Assembly: GCA_963769605.1 (NCBI GenBank)
Contig: CAVYML010000004.1
Span: 107,312 to 171,311 of the forward strand
DNA from: Ignavibacteriota bacterium
GTDB taxonomy: Bacteria; Bacteroidota; Ignavibacteria; UBA10030
Reading direction: 5' to 3'
DNA length: 64,000 nucleotides
Numbering within the stretch: the first letter of the stretch is position 1; each line of letters starts with the position of its first letter. Positions 36,124 to 47,085 of the stretch are shown piece by piece. A model generated the notes under the pieces. The model was not told the DNA's origin, did no database searches, and was given only the letters and a program-made list of their open reading frames with translations. Made by a program: the position numbers and the translations under genes.

Positions 36124-39004
36124 ATGTTAAAGCGCGTATACCCATATTCACCGGAAATTTTAAAAATTTTAGGCAAAAAAGTAATTTTTTTTGCAAAAAT
36201 ATGCATTTCCGGGTTTATGATCACTTTCCTAATGAATGGGCTTCTCATCGCTCCGGCATATTCGCAGAGCGCCGCCCAGGTCGAAGAAGCAAAAGCAAAA
36301 CTCGGTACAATGACTCCGGATGAAATCCAGGCTGCAGTTGCAAAATATGGAATGACAATGGATGAAGCCGAAGCCAAAGCGAGCTCCGTCGGAATCGATT
36401 TGCAGAGTTATCTTAAAGGGCGTGCTGCTGATTCAACACCTGCAGCGCCGCCGCAAACACAGGTCAACATACAACTTACACCCAATTCAAATGGTGTCAC
36501 AGGCCAACCTGGCGCCGCAGCGCCTGGTATTCAGACCCCTGGCCTTCCAATGAATGATACCTCACACAATATCGGTCCAGCAACTCTCATTACGAAGCCT
36601 ACAGTTCCCGCTATAGATACATCGAAAGCGACGAAAGAGGCAGCACCTATATTAGGACCCGGCGGTATTCCATATTTTGGTTATAATCTTTTTAAAGGAC
36701 GCACATCAGATTTTGATAATAATCCTAATCTGACAGACAATTCCTATATCATCGGAAAAGGGGATGTTCTCCGTATTTCACTTTGGGGAGATACTCAAAG
36801 CATGAATGATTATACGGTAGATGATGAGGGAAGAATTGTCATGCAGCCGGTAGGCGCAATACTTGTTGCAGGATATACACTCGATCAGGCAAAAAAAATG
36901 GTTCTTCATACGCTTGCCCGATCAATTGCCGGGCTTACTGGAAGACCTCCAACGACTATGCTGGATCTAACCATCTCCCGATTACGTCCTTTGCATGCTT
37001 ACGTCATGGGAGAAGTGGCTAATCCCGGCGCTTATTCCATGAATCCTTTTTCAACTGTGTTCAATGCGCTCTTTACTGTGGGCGGTCCGCTTATTCAAGG
37101 CGGAATGAGAGAAATCCGACTTGTACGGAACGGTAAAACCGCAGTAAAAGTCGATTTATATGATTATTTGATCGGAACAGAAAAGACAAACGATATCCGA
37201 ATAAATGAAAACGATATGATATTTGTCCCATTGCGCGGAAGAACAGTGGGCATCAGGGGCGCCGTACCTCGTTCTGCCTATTATGAACTTCTTCCAAATG
37301 AAAATTTAAGGCGATTATTAGAATTTTCCGGAGGGGATTCGCAATACATTTTATCTTCAAAGAATTCAAATAGATCGAATTGTTCCATTTGCGGAACGTA
37401 AGCCCGGTGAACTCGAAAGACAAATCTTCGATATCGATTTTACAGATATTTTACTCCACAACAAAGATTATAAATTAGAAGATGGGGATATTGTTACAAT
37501 CTATCCCATTCAGGATGAAAAAGAAAATTATGTGCAAATAGGCGGCGCCGTTTGGAGACCGGGTACATATCAGCTCGAGAAAGTTCCAAGAATCAAGGAT
37601 CTTATTCAAGAAGCGGATAGTTTAGATCCGGAAGCATACCTGGATCGCGCTAAATTGGTACGAACGTATGAAGATAAGCGTACGGATGTATTTTATATCG
37701 ATCTCAATCGGGCGATGGCAGGTGATACACTTAATAACTTAGAATTAGAATCCTGGGATAGTTTGTATGTTTATACCTGGCAGGAAATCCTTGCTAACAC
37801 CGATAGTGTTAGAGTCGAGGGAATAGCAAAACATCCCGGCACATATCCACTTTATGGGAATTTTACGTTGTATAATTTGGTCAAAGATGCCGTAGGATTA
37901 TCCGATACACTTTTCAGGCAGCAAATTTATCTGCAGCGAGCTGATTTGGTACGTTTGAACAAAGATCGCTACACTTCCCGTATTATTACATTTAATCTCT
38001 GGGATCTTTATCAGGATCATTTTAAAGATACAATTCTCTTACCGGGAGATCGTATTATCATCTATCCGATCAATGCCGTCCAATTTACGGATAGATATGT
38101 CGATATTGGCGGGAGTGTAAAAACACCGGGCAGGTATAAATTGGCAGAGAATATGACGGTGCTTGATCTCTTGATTGAAGCAGGAGGGTACACAGAAGAC
38201 GCATCTGCAGATCAGGCGGAAGTCTCCAGAATTGAACGAAGCGGAATTGGCCGTGATTCATTAACAAGAATTCTATATGTTCCCATACCCGATTTTTTCG
38301 ATCCGAATACTCTCTCTCAAGAAAAAGTCGTCCAATATCGCGCAACAAGCTTCAAGCTGCAGCATCGCGACCAGGTTTTTGTTAGACCGGATCCAAAATA
38401 TATTTTCCAGAAAAACGTAACAATTTTTGGAGAAGTAAATCATCCGGGAACTTATGTGTTGAGCAAATTGAACGAACATCTATCGGATATTATCAGACGT
38501 GCAGGTGGAATAAAAAATGGAGGATACGCAGAGGGGGGGAAGGTTGTTCGCGGTGGGATGAGAATGAGAATCAATGTTCGTTATGCATTAGAGGATCCGG
38601 AAGGTGACGACGATATTATTGTGCAAGCAAATGATACCCTTACGATTCCAAAAGAACCCTCTGCTGTGTTGGTATCCGGAGAAGTCAATAATCCGGGTTT
38701 ATTTTCCTATGTTGACGGCAACTCCGCATCATACTACATTAAAGGATCGGGTGGCGTCACAGACAGTGCGGATTTTATATTGATTACTTTTCCAACGGGA
38801 ATTAGCAAGCAAGTAGGAACGCACTGGTGGTCTTCAAACCCGAAAATACCGGATGGATCGAGTATCTTTGTAGCAAAGGAAAAACCGGAACCACCTGAGA
38901 TCGTACCCAAAGATAAGCAGACAACGACGTTCGATTTTGTAAAAGACATGCTGGCAATAGTTGTCTCGTCTGTAACAATTATAGTACTTGCAGCTAAATT
39001 ATAG
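36124..39004 (+). pseudogene. wza: Large polysaccharide export protein (Wza/Poly_export plus multiple SLBB domains), +1 frame disruption at G4 run 37333-37336
   Basis: ORF 36115-37401 carries the Poly_export motif (YIIGKGDVLRISLWGD...DDEGRIVMQPVG). After LLEFSGG the sequence continues in frame 2 (IRNTFYLQRIQIDRIVPF...EDGDIVTIYP...) into ORF 37532-39004. That ORF has repeated SLBB-like V.I.G.V..PG.Y units and a C-terminal TM helix. Confidence 0.8.
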
Positions 39005-39063
39005 AAGATTGATCCATCATATTTTAAAATCTGAAATATATATTGTACTACTGATCTAATATT

Positions 39064-39086
39064 GTAGCCGCGACCGTTGGTCGCGG
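39064..39086. repeat. REP hairpin (gtagccgcgaccgttggtcgcgg)
   Basis: Same family as 25413, 35049 and 35877. This is the last copy in the window. Confidence 0.8.
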
Positions 39087-39250
39087 ATGGTCTCAGACAT
39101 CAATAATTCGCCGTAAGAGGTTGACGTTGGCTGCACGACAGAAAGAATATGAAAAGATCTGATTAAAAATAGACCAATCGATCAGAAGGTTGAAGATGGG
39201 AAAAATGTAAGAGATAAGCGTATTATTCGTATGAAAAAGAAACAGAAAAA

Positions 39251-39553
39251 ATGCAGCAACGTACTATGAGACTTAAAGAAAACATGAGAGACTTTTTCGC
39301 TCGTTATGTAAAAGAAAAATTTCCGGGTGCTAAAGTATATTTATTCGGTTCCAGGATAGATGACAATGCAAAAGGTGGAGATATAGATATCCTGATTATT
39401 TCAAACGAAAAATTAAGTTTTATGGACATCTCCCAAATGCGAATACGTTTTTATAAAATGTTTGGTGAACAAAAAGTAGACATTGTAAATTTTGCATACA
39501 ATGAAGAGGATCCTTTTAAGAATATTGCTTTAAACAATGCGATAGAGTTATGA
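39251..39553 (+). CDS. Minimal nucleotidyltransferase (MNT-like), apparently orphan
   Basis: VYLFGSRIDDNAKGGDIDILII motif. A 44-codon ORF (39550-39681) follows with an ATGA overlap, and reading frames then break down. Confidence 0.65.
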   Translation: MQQRTMRLKENMRDFFARYVKEKFPGAKVYLFGSRIDDNAKGGDIDILIISNEKLSFMDISQMRIRFYKMFGEQKVDIVNFAYNEEDPFKNIALNNAIEL

Positions 39554-39838
39554 CACACAGCGATCAAGATCTATTAACGGAATTACAAAGAGATTTTAAT
39601 GATTTAGCAAGCGCCGCTGAAAATATGGCGTTATCTTATAAAAAATGCAAAAACATAGGAATCAAAGGACGGCATGATTAAAGAACATATTGAACAGTTG
39701 TGCTAATCCTTCAAAAATAGCCGCTCGAAATATAGCGATCGAGCGCCTGACAATTTTGTCTACAGACTTTGTGCTGCGACGGTCAAGATGTCCGAAAATG
39801 AAAGCATTTTTCACAAACATTTTTAAAAAGTATAAATT

Positions 39839-40912
39839 ATGAAAGATGATAGAGAAGAAATATCGGAGCAAAAAAAAGAACCATGGGATAAGCGGCTTCA
39901 AGATTTTTTAAACACACTACAGCCGTATATTTTACGTGTGCAGGAAAAACGTAAAAAGTGGCTCATTGCTAATGCCATAGGTGCAGTTGTTATCATTTTA
40001 GGAATGCTAATTTTTGCAAAACCATACTATGATGTCTCAGTTGATATTTTACCTGATTATGGAAACAAAACAGTTCTATCAAGCGGATTAGGTGGATTGG
40101 CATCAATGGCTAGTTCATTGGGTGGTATTTCCCTAAAGGCAGATCCAAATGAACTATACGAGAATGTACTTCAAAGTGAATGCGTACTTGACCCAGTTGT
40201 TCTGAATAAGTATTTAACGGAAAAATTTAACGATTCAATAAATTTAGTAGATTATTTTGAAATTACACCTGACAACAGTGCTCCTCCATCTCTTCAAGAA
40301 AGAAGTCGTCTATTAAAATTATTAGATAAATTTAGAAAAGTAAGGATGCAGACTGACGTCGCTCGTACAACAAAAATATTGACCGTTAGTATAAGAATGC
40401 CGGAATCAAAGCTTGCTGCTGATGTTGTTAATCGACTTGTTGAATCGCTTGATCTATATGTTCGAACACAACGAAAATCGAATGCATCTTACCAGAGGGC
40501 ATACATTGAAAAGAGAATCAAAGAAGTATCAGATTCCTTAGTTGTGGCTGAAGAAAGATTTAGAGGTTTTAAAGAGGGAAATATTGCGAGTGGGGCTAAT
40601 CCGAGATTAATGCTTGAGGAAAGTAGGTTGAGCAGAGATATTGATCTACTGCAAACTGTCTATTCAGATTTAATACGACAATTAGAATTAGTAAAACTTG
40701 AGGAGATAAAAGATGTTCCGATATTGAATATACAAGAATTAGTCGGAGATCCAGTTATTAAAACAGGACCATCTCGTATAAAATGGTCAATTGCACTGAT
40801 GTTTTTTTATGCAAGTATTGTAACCATTTCTTTTGCAAAATTTCCTGAAATTCGAAAAGGGTGGTTTATCATAAAAACTTTTTTTATGAATTTCGGTAAA
40901 AAAAACATTTAA
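39839..40912 (+). CDS. wzz: Wzz-like polysaccharide chain-length determinant (no kinase domain)
   Basis: 357 aa. Topology is N-terminal TM, a long coiled periplasmic segment, then a C-terminal TM. Located next to wza. Confidence 0.6.
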   Translation: MKDDREEISEQKKEPWDKRLQDFLNTLQPYILRVQEKRKKWLIANAIGAVVIILGMLIFAKPYYDVSVDILPDYGNKTVLSSGLGGLASMASSLGGISLKADPNELYENVLQSECVLDPVVLNKYLTEKFNDSINLVDYFEITPDNSAPPSLQERSRLLKLLDKFRKVRMQTDVARTTKILTVSIRMPESKLAADVVNRLVESLDLYVRTQRKSNASYQRAYIEKRIKEVSDSLVVAEERFRGFKEGNIASGANPRLMLEESRLSRDIDLLQTVYSDLIRQLELVKLEEIKDVPILNIQELVGDPVIKTGPSRIKWSIALMFFYASIVTISFAKFPEIRKGWFIIKTFFMNFGKKNI

Positions 40913-41053
40913 TGATTTCCTCCAAGTATATCTGCTAATTGCTTAAAAATAATAGAGAATCTATCAGATGATATTAGACAGATTGAATTGATTATTATCA
41001 TATTCTTTACAAACATTCTCCCTATTGTAGATAGCTTCAATCTTCGTTATTTC

Positions 41054-42594
41054 GTAACTGCTCAGCGTAATTGAGGAACCGGAGACAAAGGATTTCCTGC
41101 AAAGATGCTTGAAAGAGCAGAGAGAATATTGACACCTTGTTTTTTCATTGTGGAAATGTATCCACGAATGCGACAATAAGAGAGCGCACCATGATGACTA
41201 CGGAAGGTGCCGGATATCTTATGTTTAACTTTCACCATGCGCAAGTCTCGTTCGGCCAGATTGTTTGTAAATGGCACCGTTGGATCAAAGAGAAATGCCA
41301 ATACCTCATCACGGTGCTCGTGAAGACGATTCAAGAGATTTCTGGTTTTCGATTGTTTGACTCTTCCGCGTTTGTGCGGAGACCCTCGATTGAGACGGTT
41401 CAGACGAAATCCGGATTGTAAAAGAGTATCATAACGGTGAACCGAACGTGTAACAAAGTTCTTTGATATAGGTTTTGTCTGGATCTTCTCTTTGATGTGG
41501 AATAACAGATCGATCAGTTTCTGAGCCCAGGCTTGATGATAGTCCTCATAAACAGAGCGTAATTCCCTCACAATATGGGCATTACAATACGCATGAGTCA
41601 AGTGGTCGTAGCGTGCGTAGGATTCCCAGAAATCGTGGATGATTCTTCCTGTGGTTTTAGGAAGGATACCGATTTTATCCATTGCTTCTTTTCCGCGCTT
41701 GGAGTCAATGCCATAATGCGTATAGATATCGGTAGAAGCAGTATGGATCCAGTGTAATTTGTTCTCGCAGAACATCCCGGTCTCATCAACATGCAGAATC
41801 GGAGCTTGCTGCAACTGTTCTTTGATCTGTTCTTCAGTTTGTGCCAGATGTCGATAGGCTTCTGCAATCCAGTTCTTGAGTGTGCCTTCGGAGAGTGCGC
41901 ATCCAAAGATGTCTTGCAAAAACTCTGTTGTTCTCTCAAAAGGAATGATCTGGTGTTGCATCATATATAGAACGATACTCTTGATAGTAGAACCGAATTG
42001 TGTTGCTTTGGTGATATCCTGAGGAAATATGCCGGATGTCTTCGTATGACAACACGGGCATTGTTTCACCTCGGAACGATGTTCTGTGACTTCCATCTTC
42101 ACCTCCGGAAGATCGAAGACTTGACGGGTCTGAACAGCTTGGACGGGAACGTGTTCTAACGAAGAACCACAACCGATGCAGGTACGGGCAGGATGAATAA
42201 CAACATGATCGATGTTAGTAGACTTTCGCAAGGTTGTTCCCGGGTGGCCTGTTTGACCGCCTGTCGGACGTTGTTTTTTGTTCTTTACTGTGCCACTTTG
42301 TATATTGCGTCTATACCCATCACTGAAAGGAGATTTATGGCTGTTCTGACTATTTTTGTTAAGTGCGATTTCCAATTCGATGACTCGTGCGTCTAACTTG
42401 TCTATTCGATCAAGAAGCAGCAAGATAAGATCTGCTGCCGCTTCCGGTTGAGTTTTGCAGAGATGTATTAATCCTTCTCGTGTGTATTTTTGCTTTTCCA
42501 TACACACAAGATATAAAGTGATTTCTAAAAGTACAAGCCCTAACTCTATATTTATTGAATATATTTTATCTCACATTTTTCGCTGAGCAGTTAC
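41054..42594 (-). mobile_element. IS66-family insertion sequence (single-ORF type) with 14-bp terminal inverted repeats and an 8-bp target duplication
   Basis: Ends are GTAACTGCTCAGCG (41054-41067) and CGCTGAGCAGTTAC (42581-42594). The direct repeat GTTATTTC sits at 41046-41053 and 42595-42602. Confidence 0.9.
41062..42507 (-). CDS. IS66-family transposase
   Basis: N-terminal leucine zipper, zinc-finger region (CIGCGS...CPCCHT), HVDETG, CNAHIVRE and PFTNNLAERDLR. Confidence 0.88.
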   Translation of the reverse strand: MCMEKQKYTREGLIHLCKTQPEAAADLILLLLDRIDKLDARVIELEIALNKNSQNSHKSPFSDGYRRNIQSGTVKNKKQRPTGGQTGHPGTTLRKSTNIDHVVIHPARTCIGCGSSLEHVPVQAVQTRQVFDLPEVKMEVTEHRSEVKQCPCCHTKTSGIFPQDITKATQFGSTIKSIVLYMMQHQIIPFERTTEFLQDIFGCALSEGTLKNWIAEAYRHLAQTEEQIKEQLQQAPILHVDETGMFCENKLHWIHTASTDIYTHYGIDSKRGKEAMDKIGILPKTTGRIIHDFWESYARYDHLTHAYCNAHIVRELRSVYEDYHQAWAQKLIDLLFHIKEKIQTKPISKNFVTRSVHRYDTLLQSGFRLNRLNRGSPHKRGRVKQSKTRNLLNRLHEHRDEVLAFLFDPTVPFTNNLAERDLRMVKVKHKISGTFRSHHGALSYCRIRGYISTMKKQGVNILSALSSIFAGNPLSPVPQLR

Positions 42595-42769
42595 GTTATT
42601 TCAAAAAATCACTTTTCACTTTCATTTAAAAGATATATAGATACTATGCCAGATTTTAATGTCATTTTACACGCCGATAGAATAATTTGTATTGAGCACT
42701 CAGGGATACCCCAAAAGTGCAGAGTAGAAAAAGTTGGAATAAGGAATTGAAATGAAGATTATTGTTTTA

Positions 42770-44214
42770 AACCTGAATCCTGCGTGAATATTGATACAAA
42801 AGTTGAAAATACATAATAAAAACAGTATAATTTCACAAGAAAGTCAAAAGTATTCAACCTACCTTTTAGTTAGGTTCATTACCGATGCGCCGAGGGCCCA
42901 AAAATCTCGATATTTCATTCACCGGGAAAAATCTTACACATTTCGGTGGAGTATATCTTATTTCTCTCTTCCTTCGCTGCATCAAGTTCAAGACTGTGTT
43001 ATACAAGTCGCTTTCCTTGACCCAACGCAACAATCATTACTCAATTACCGAAAGCATTTTGGCTGTGATGTATCCGAGTATGCTCGGGATTGGTCGTATC
43101 GAAACGACAGATCTTCTCAAACACAACGGAGTGTTTCAATATCTTGTTGGTCTTCCCGCATATCCGGATCCAACTACTCTACGACGATTCTTGCAACGCC
43201 TTTCACCCGATGGAGTAACGAAGCTTCGCTCTGTACATTCACAATTTTTAAAGATGATGTTACAGAAGCCTCATCCAGCCAAGAACATGATTCTCGATAT
43301 GGACTCCACCGTTCTGACTCTCTATGGAAAACAGGAGCTTGCTCTTGTTGGATACAATCCGACCAAACATGGACGTCCGTCATATCATCCGCTCTTATGC
43401 TTCGATGGCATCACCAAAGATTGTATTCATGGAGAACTCCGAGCCGGCAACGTGTATACATCAGCCGGAACGACCAACTTACTCGACGCATCCTTTGCCA
43501 AAATACCACCAACCGTAAAACGTGTTTTTATCCGCGCAGACAAAGGGTTTTACGATCACAAGATTGTCGAAAAAATCGAAACCGTGCCTTCGCGCATGTT
43601 TGCCATCGCCGCAAAATTAACTGCTCCTATCAAGAGACGGCTTTCATCTCTTCGGTATCACAGCCCAACACCGGGGATCGAAACAGCCAATTTCACCTAT
43701 CAACCAAACGGATGGAAACATCGCTATCGGTTTGTGATCATTCGACGACCGATACCCGAAGATCCAACAGAACAACTTTCTCTATTTTCCATGGGCAAAT
43801 TCAGTTACCAAGTCATTGTGACCAATATGAAACTCAAGCCTCTCAATATCTGGCGCTTCTACAATGGCCGTGCTGCGATAGAGCTTATTATCAAAGAACT
43901 CAAGAACGATTACCCATTAGCAAAGATTCCAACAAAACATTTTGCGGCGAACGAGTCATATTTCCACATTCTCTTGTTTTCATACAATATTATCAATTGG
44001 TTCAAACGTCTATGTCTCCCAGAAAAGTATCATACAATGACTCTCAGTTCACTCAGAGCACGTCTCTTGCTTATTCCCGGAGAACTGGTGCATTCAGGCA
44101 ATCGACCGATACTCAAATTGCCGGAACATTTTCGTGACAAAGATGCTGTTAGATTCGCCTTACATAATACTTCCAAATTGAAATTATGACCATTTTTCAC
44201 GCAGGTTTCAGGTT
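42770..44214 (+). mobile_element. IS1380-family (IS4-like DDE) insertion sequence
   Basis: Terminal inverted repeats aacctgaatcctgcgtgaa (42770-42788) and ttcacgcaggtttcaggtt (44196-44214) match at 18 of 19 positions. The flanks read taa on both sides, and the exact ends are uncertain by 1-2 nt. Confidence 0.8.
42885..44189 (+). CDS. IS1380-family DDE transposase
   Basis: 434 aa. The N-terminal FTGKNLTHFGGVYLI, ILDMDSTV, IRADKGFY and YNGRAAIELIIKELK blocks resemble IS1380-type transposases. Confidence 0.8.
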   Translation: MRRGPKNLDISFTGKNLTHFGGVYLISLFLRCIKFKTVLYKSLSLTQRNNHYSITESILAVMYPSMLGIGRIETTDLLKHNGVFQYLVGLPAYPDPTTLRRFLQRLSPDGVTKLRSVHSQFLKMMLQKPHPAKNMILDMDSTVLTLYGKQELALVGYNPTKHGRPSYHPLLCFDGITKDCIHGELRAGNVYTSAGTTNLLDASFAKIPPTVKRVFIRADKGFYDHKIVEKIETVPSRMFAIAAKLTAPIKRRLSSLRYHSPTPGIETANFTYQPNGWKHRYRFVIIRRPIPEDPTEQLSLFSMGKFSYQVIVTNMKLKPLNIWRFYNGRAAIELIIKELKNDYPLAKIPTKHFAANESYFHILLFSYNIINWFKRLCLPEKYHTMTLSSLRARLLLIPGELVHSGNRPILKLPEHFRDKDAVRFALHNTSKLKL

Positions 44215-44330
44215 AACATGTGAAATGGGGCACACAAAAGTATGGAAATTACACTTAAGCGGAAAATATTTAATTTATAGATGCTTGTGAAAGATTTAAA
44301 GTAGATAAAAATTACAAATGAAATTATAGA

Positions 44331-45879
44331 ATGCCAAACGAAAATACAAAACGAATAGCAAAAAATACATTGATGCTTTATTCTCGCATGCTAATTATTA
44401 TGGCGGTAAGTCTTTATACTTCACGTATTGTTCTGAATACGTTGGGGATAAATGACTATGGTATCTATAATATTGTAGGAGGCATAGTAATTTTATTTTC
44501 CTTCCTTAATGACGCGATGACGAGTGCAACTAAGAAGATTCTTGAATTATGAACTGGGGAGAAATGATCATGAACAACTGAAAAAAGTATTTAGTACAAG
44601 CATGATGGTACATGTAAGCATAGCTGTGATTGCATTATTATTATTGGAAAGTATAGGCCTTTGGTTTGTGAATACTCAACTTAACGTACCTTTCGAAAGA
44701 ATGGACGCTATAAATTGGGTTTATCAATTCACCATCATAACATTTACGATAAGTATTTTGCAGGTTCCATACAATGCATCCATCATTGCTCATGAACAAA
44801 TGTCGTTTTACGCGTATCTTAGTATTTTTGAAGTGATATTGAAACTGATAGTTGTGTATACATTGCAATATTTAGGTTCAGACAAACTTAAGCTTTATGC
44901 TATTTTAATGTGCGCTCTTTCATTCATAGTATTTGTTATTCATAAAAAATATTGTACGAACAAATTTCTTTCTTGTCATTTCTATTTTATTTGGGATGTG
45001 TCTCTCTTCAAGCAGTTGTTAAATTTTTCAGGATGGAGTTTGTTCGGAAGTGTAGCAAATATAGGAAAAACTCAGGTAATTAATGTCTTATTGAATATAT
45101 TCAGAGGGGTTTCTGTAAATGCTGCTATGGGCGTTGCAAATCAAGTAAGCACTGCTCTAAATAATTTTGTTTCAAATTTTCAACTAGCCTTTAATCCGCA
45201 AATTGTAAAAGCATACGCTGCAAACGAAAGAGATTATCTTATGCAGTTGATTTTTCGGACTTCAAAGTTTTCCTATTTCTTATTGTTTTTCTTGTCTCTC
45301 CCAATTTTGATAAACATGGATTTAATCCTAATTTTATGGTTAAAGATGGTACCAGATTATACGACAATGTTTTGTCGATTGACGATTCTCTATCTTTTGG
45401 TCGAAACAATATCAGGTCCTCTATGGATGACTGTTCAAGCAACAGGACAAATTAAAAAGTACCAAATAGTTATAAGTAGCGTTCTTTTGCTAAATGTACC
45501 GTTTTCTTATCTCTTACTGAAAATTGGATATGCTCCTTATTATGTTTTATGGGTTAATGTTGGAATTGGTATATTCGCATTTATAACAAGGATTGCATTT
45601 TTAAAATCTTTAATTAATTTACCTGTAATGCGATTTTGTAAAAACGTATTGTTAAATATTTTAATTGTGACTGCCTTCTCACTTCCTATTCCTCTATTAT
45701 TAAGCGATTATACACACGGACTCTTGAGGTTAGTCACAACTTCAGTAGTTGCTTTTATATCTGTAGGAATAACTGTATATTACATTGGATTAAATAAACA
45801 TGAACGAAGATATGTTAACGATAAGGTACTTACAATAATTAAAAAAGTGATCTTGGGGATAGCGAATATTTATGAATAA
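44331..45879 (+). pseudogene. wzx: Wzx-type (MOP superfamily) polysaccharide flippase, +1 frame disruption between 44521 and 44552
   Basis: ORF 44331-44552 ends ...NDAMTSATKKILEL. ORF 44524-45879 continues (L)RRFLNYELGRNDHEQLKKVF and about 12 TM segments. Removing one a from taagaagatt restores TSATKRFLNYELG. Confidence 0.8.
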
Positions 45880-46061
45880 TTAATAAAGTCCATATTTATT
45901 AAAGTGTAAAAAAGGGAATTATCGTTCCTACTTAATAAAATTTTGATGGAAAATAGCGTTTCATTTCTCAGTACATCTTTCAAAAAGTGGTCGTAAAAAT
46001 ATTGAATTTAATATAAATTTAATGACAAATAATTCGGCTAAGATATAGATCTAAGGATTAT

Positions 46062-47060
46062 ATGGAAATAAATATTTGGTCATCAATAACGCTAATGCCG
46101 CAAGATCTCTTAAGAACCAAAATTTCATGGTTGGCACATGATCTTGATAAAACAATAAATGCAAAAATTGATTTTAAAAGATTCAAACAGGTTGCCTTAA
46201 ATGAATCTCAAAAGTTAGAAGAATCTCTAAAAGAATGGGAATCCCGCAACTTTTTAAATGATGAACTTATTTTGTGGGCCAAAGAGGTGTTATTTGATTA
46301 TGAAACTATTTTAAATGAACGAAAAGAATGTAATACTATTAATATAAATTATTCCGAATTTTCTCCAGAAATGGTCATAAAATTAATAAAGACCAGACGC
46401 AGTATTAGACGATGGGAAAAGAGGCCTCTATCTAGAGATATAATTCTAAAGCTAATCGAAGCTGGACAATGGGCTCCATCCGCATGCAACCGCCAATCTT
46501 GTAGGTATATTGTATTGGATGATGATTCACAAAAACAATTATTAGTTAATTTAAGAGAGGAATGGCTTACATATGCCCCGGTTTTAATCTTTATAGGCAC
46601 AGATAAAAGAAATTATTTGCCAATTGAATATGATTATGTTCCCTATATGGATGCTTCTATGGCTGCTCAGAACATTCTTTTAATGGCACACGCATTGGGG
46701 TTAGGGGCAACAATTATTAAAACTTCAGCATGGGATATGATAGATGGAAAAAGCCGGAATTATTCAACGAAACTAATAGATATGTACGAAGGACTTAATA
46801 TTCCTTCCTATTTTATTCCTGTGGCAATTATCGCAGTGGGATATCCAGCAAGAATACCTAAAGAACCGAAAAGATTGCCTATTGATTCTATAATGCATTA
46901 TAATAAATGCCAAATCAATAAAGATACACAGCATGATCTAAAATATCAGGAATTACAAATAAGTGCAAATGTAAATCCAAGCAATTCCGGGAACATTAGT
47001 TCTATATCCACAAAAAAACTTATAAAAATAGTTATTAAAAGAATTATTAATAAATTTTAA
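46062..47060 (+). CDS. Nitroreductase-family protein with about 110-aa N-terminal extension
   Basis: IKTRRSIRRWEKRPLS...APSACNRQSCRYIVL is the nitroreductase signature. Confidence 0.75.
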   Translation: MEINIWSSITLMPQDLLRTKISWLAHDLDKTINAKIDFKRFKQVALNESQKLEESLKEWESRNFLNDELILWAKEVLFDYETILNERKECNTININYSEFSPEMVIKLIKTRRSIRRWEKRPLSRDIILKLIEAGQWAPSACNRQSCRYIVLDDDSQKQLLVNLREEWLTYAPVLIFIGTDKRNYLPIEYDYVPYMDASMAAQNILLMAHALGLGATIIKTSAWDMIDGKSRNYSTKLIDMYEGLNIPSYFIPVAIIAVGYPARIPKEPKRLPIDSIMHYNKCQINKDTQHDLKYQELQISANVNPSNSGNISSISTKKLIKIVIKRIINKF

Positions 47061-47085
47061 AATAAAATTCAATTTTGATACTTTA

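Noticed and set aside
40964-41176. 70-aa minus-strand ORF spanning the IS66 left end
   Set aside because: It crosses the element boundary and the target duplication, so it cannot be a native gene of either the IS or the host.
42791-44137. 448-aa ORF overlapping the IS1380 transposase in another frame
   Set aside because: The translation is low-complexity, Ser/Arg/Thr-rich and has no motifs. It is a shadow ORF of the real transposase frame (42885-44189).
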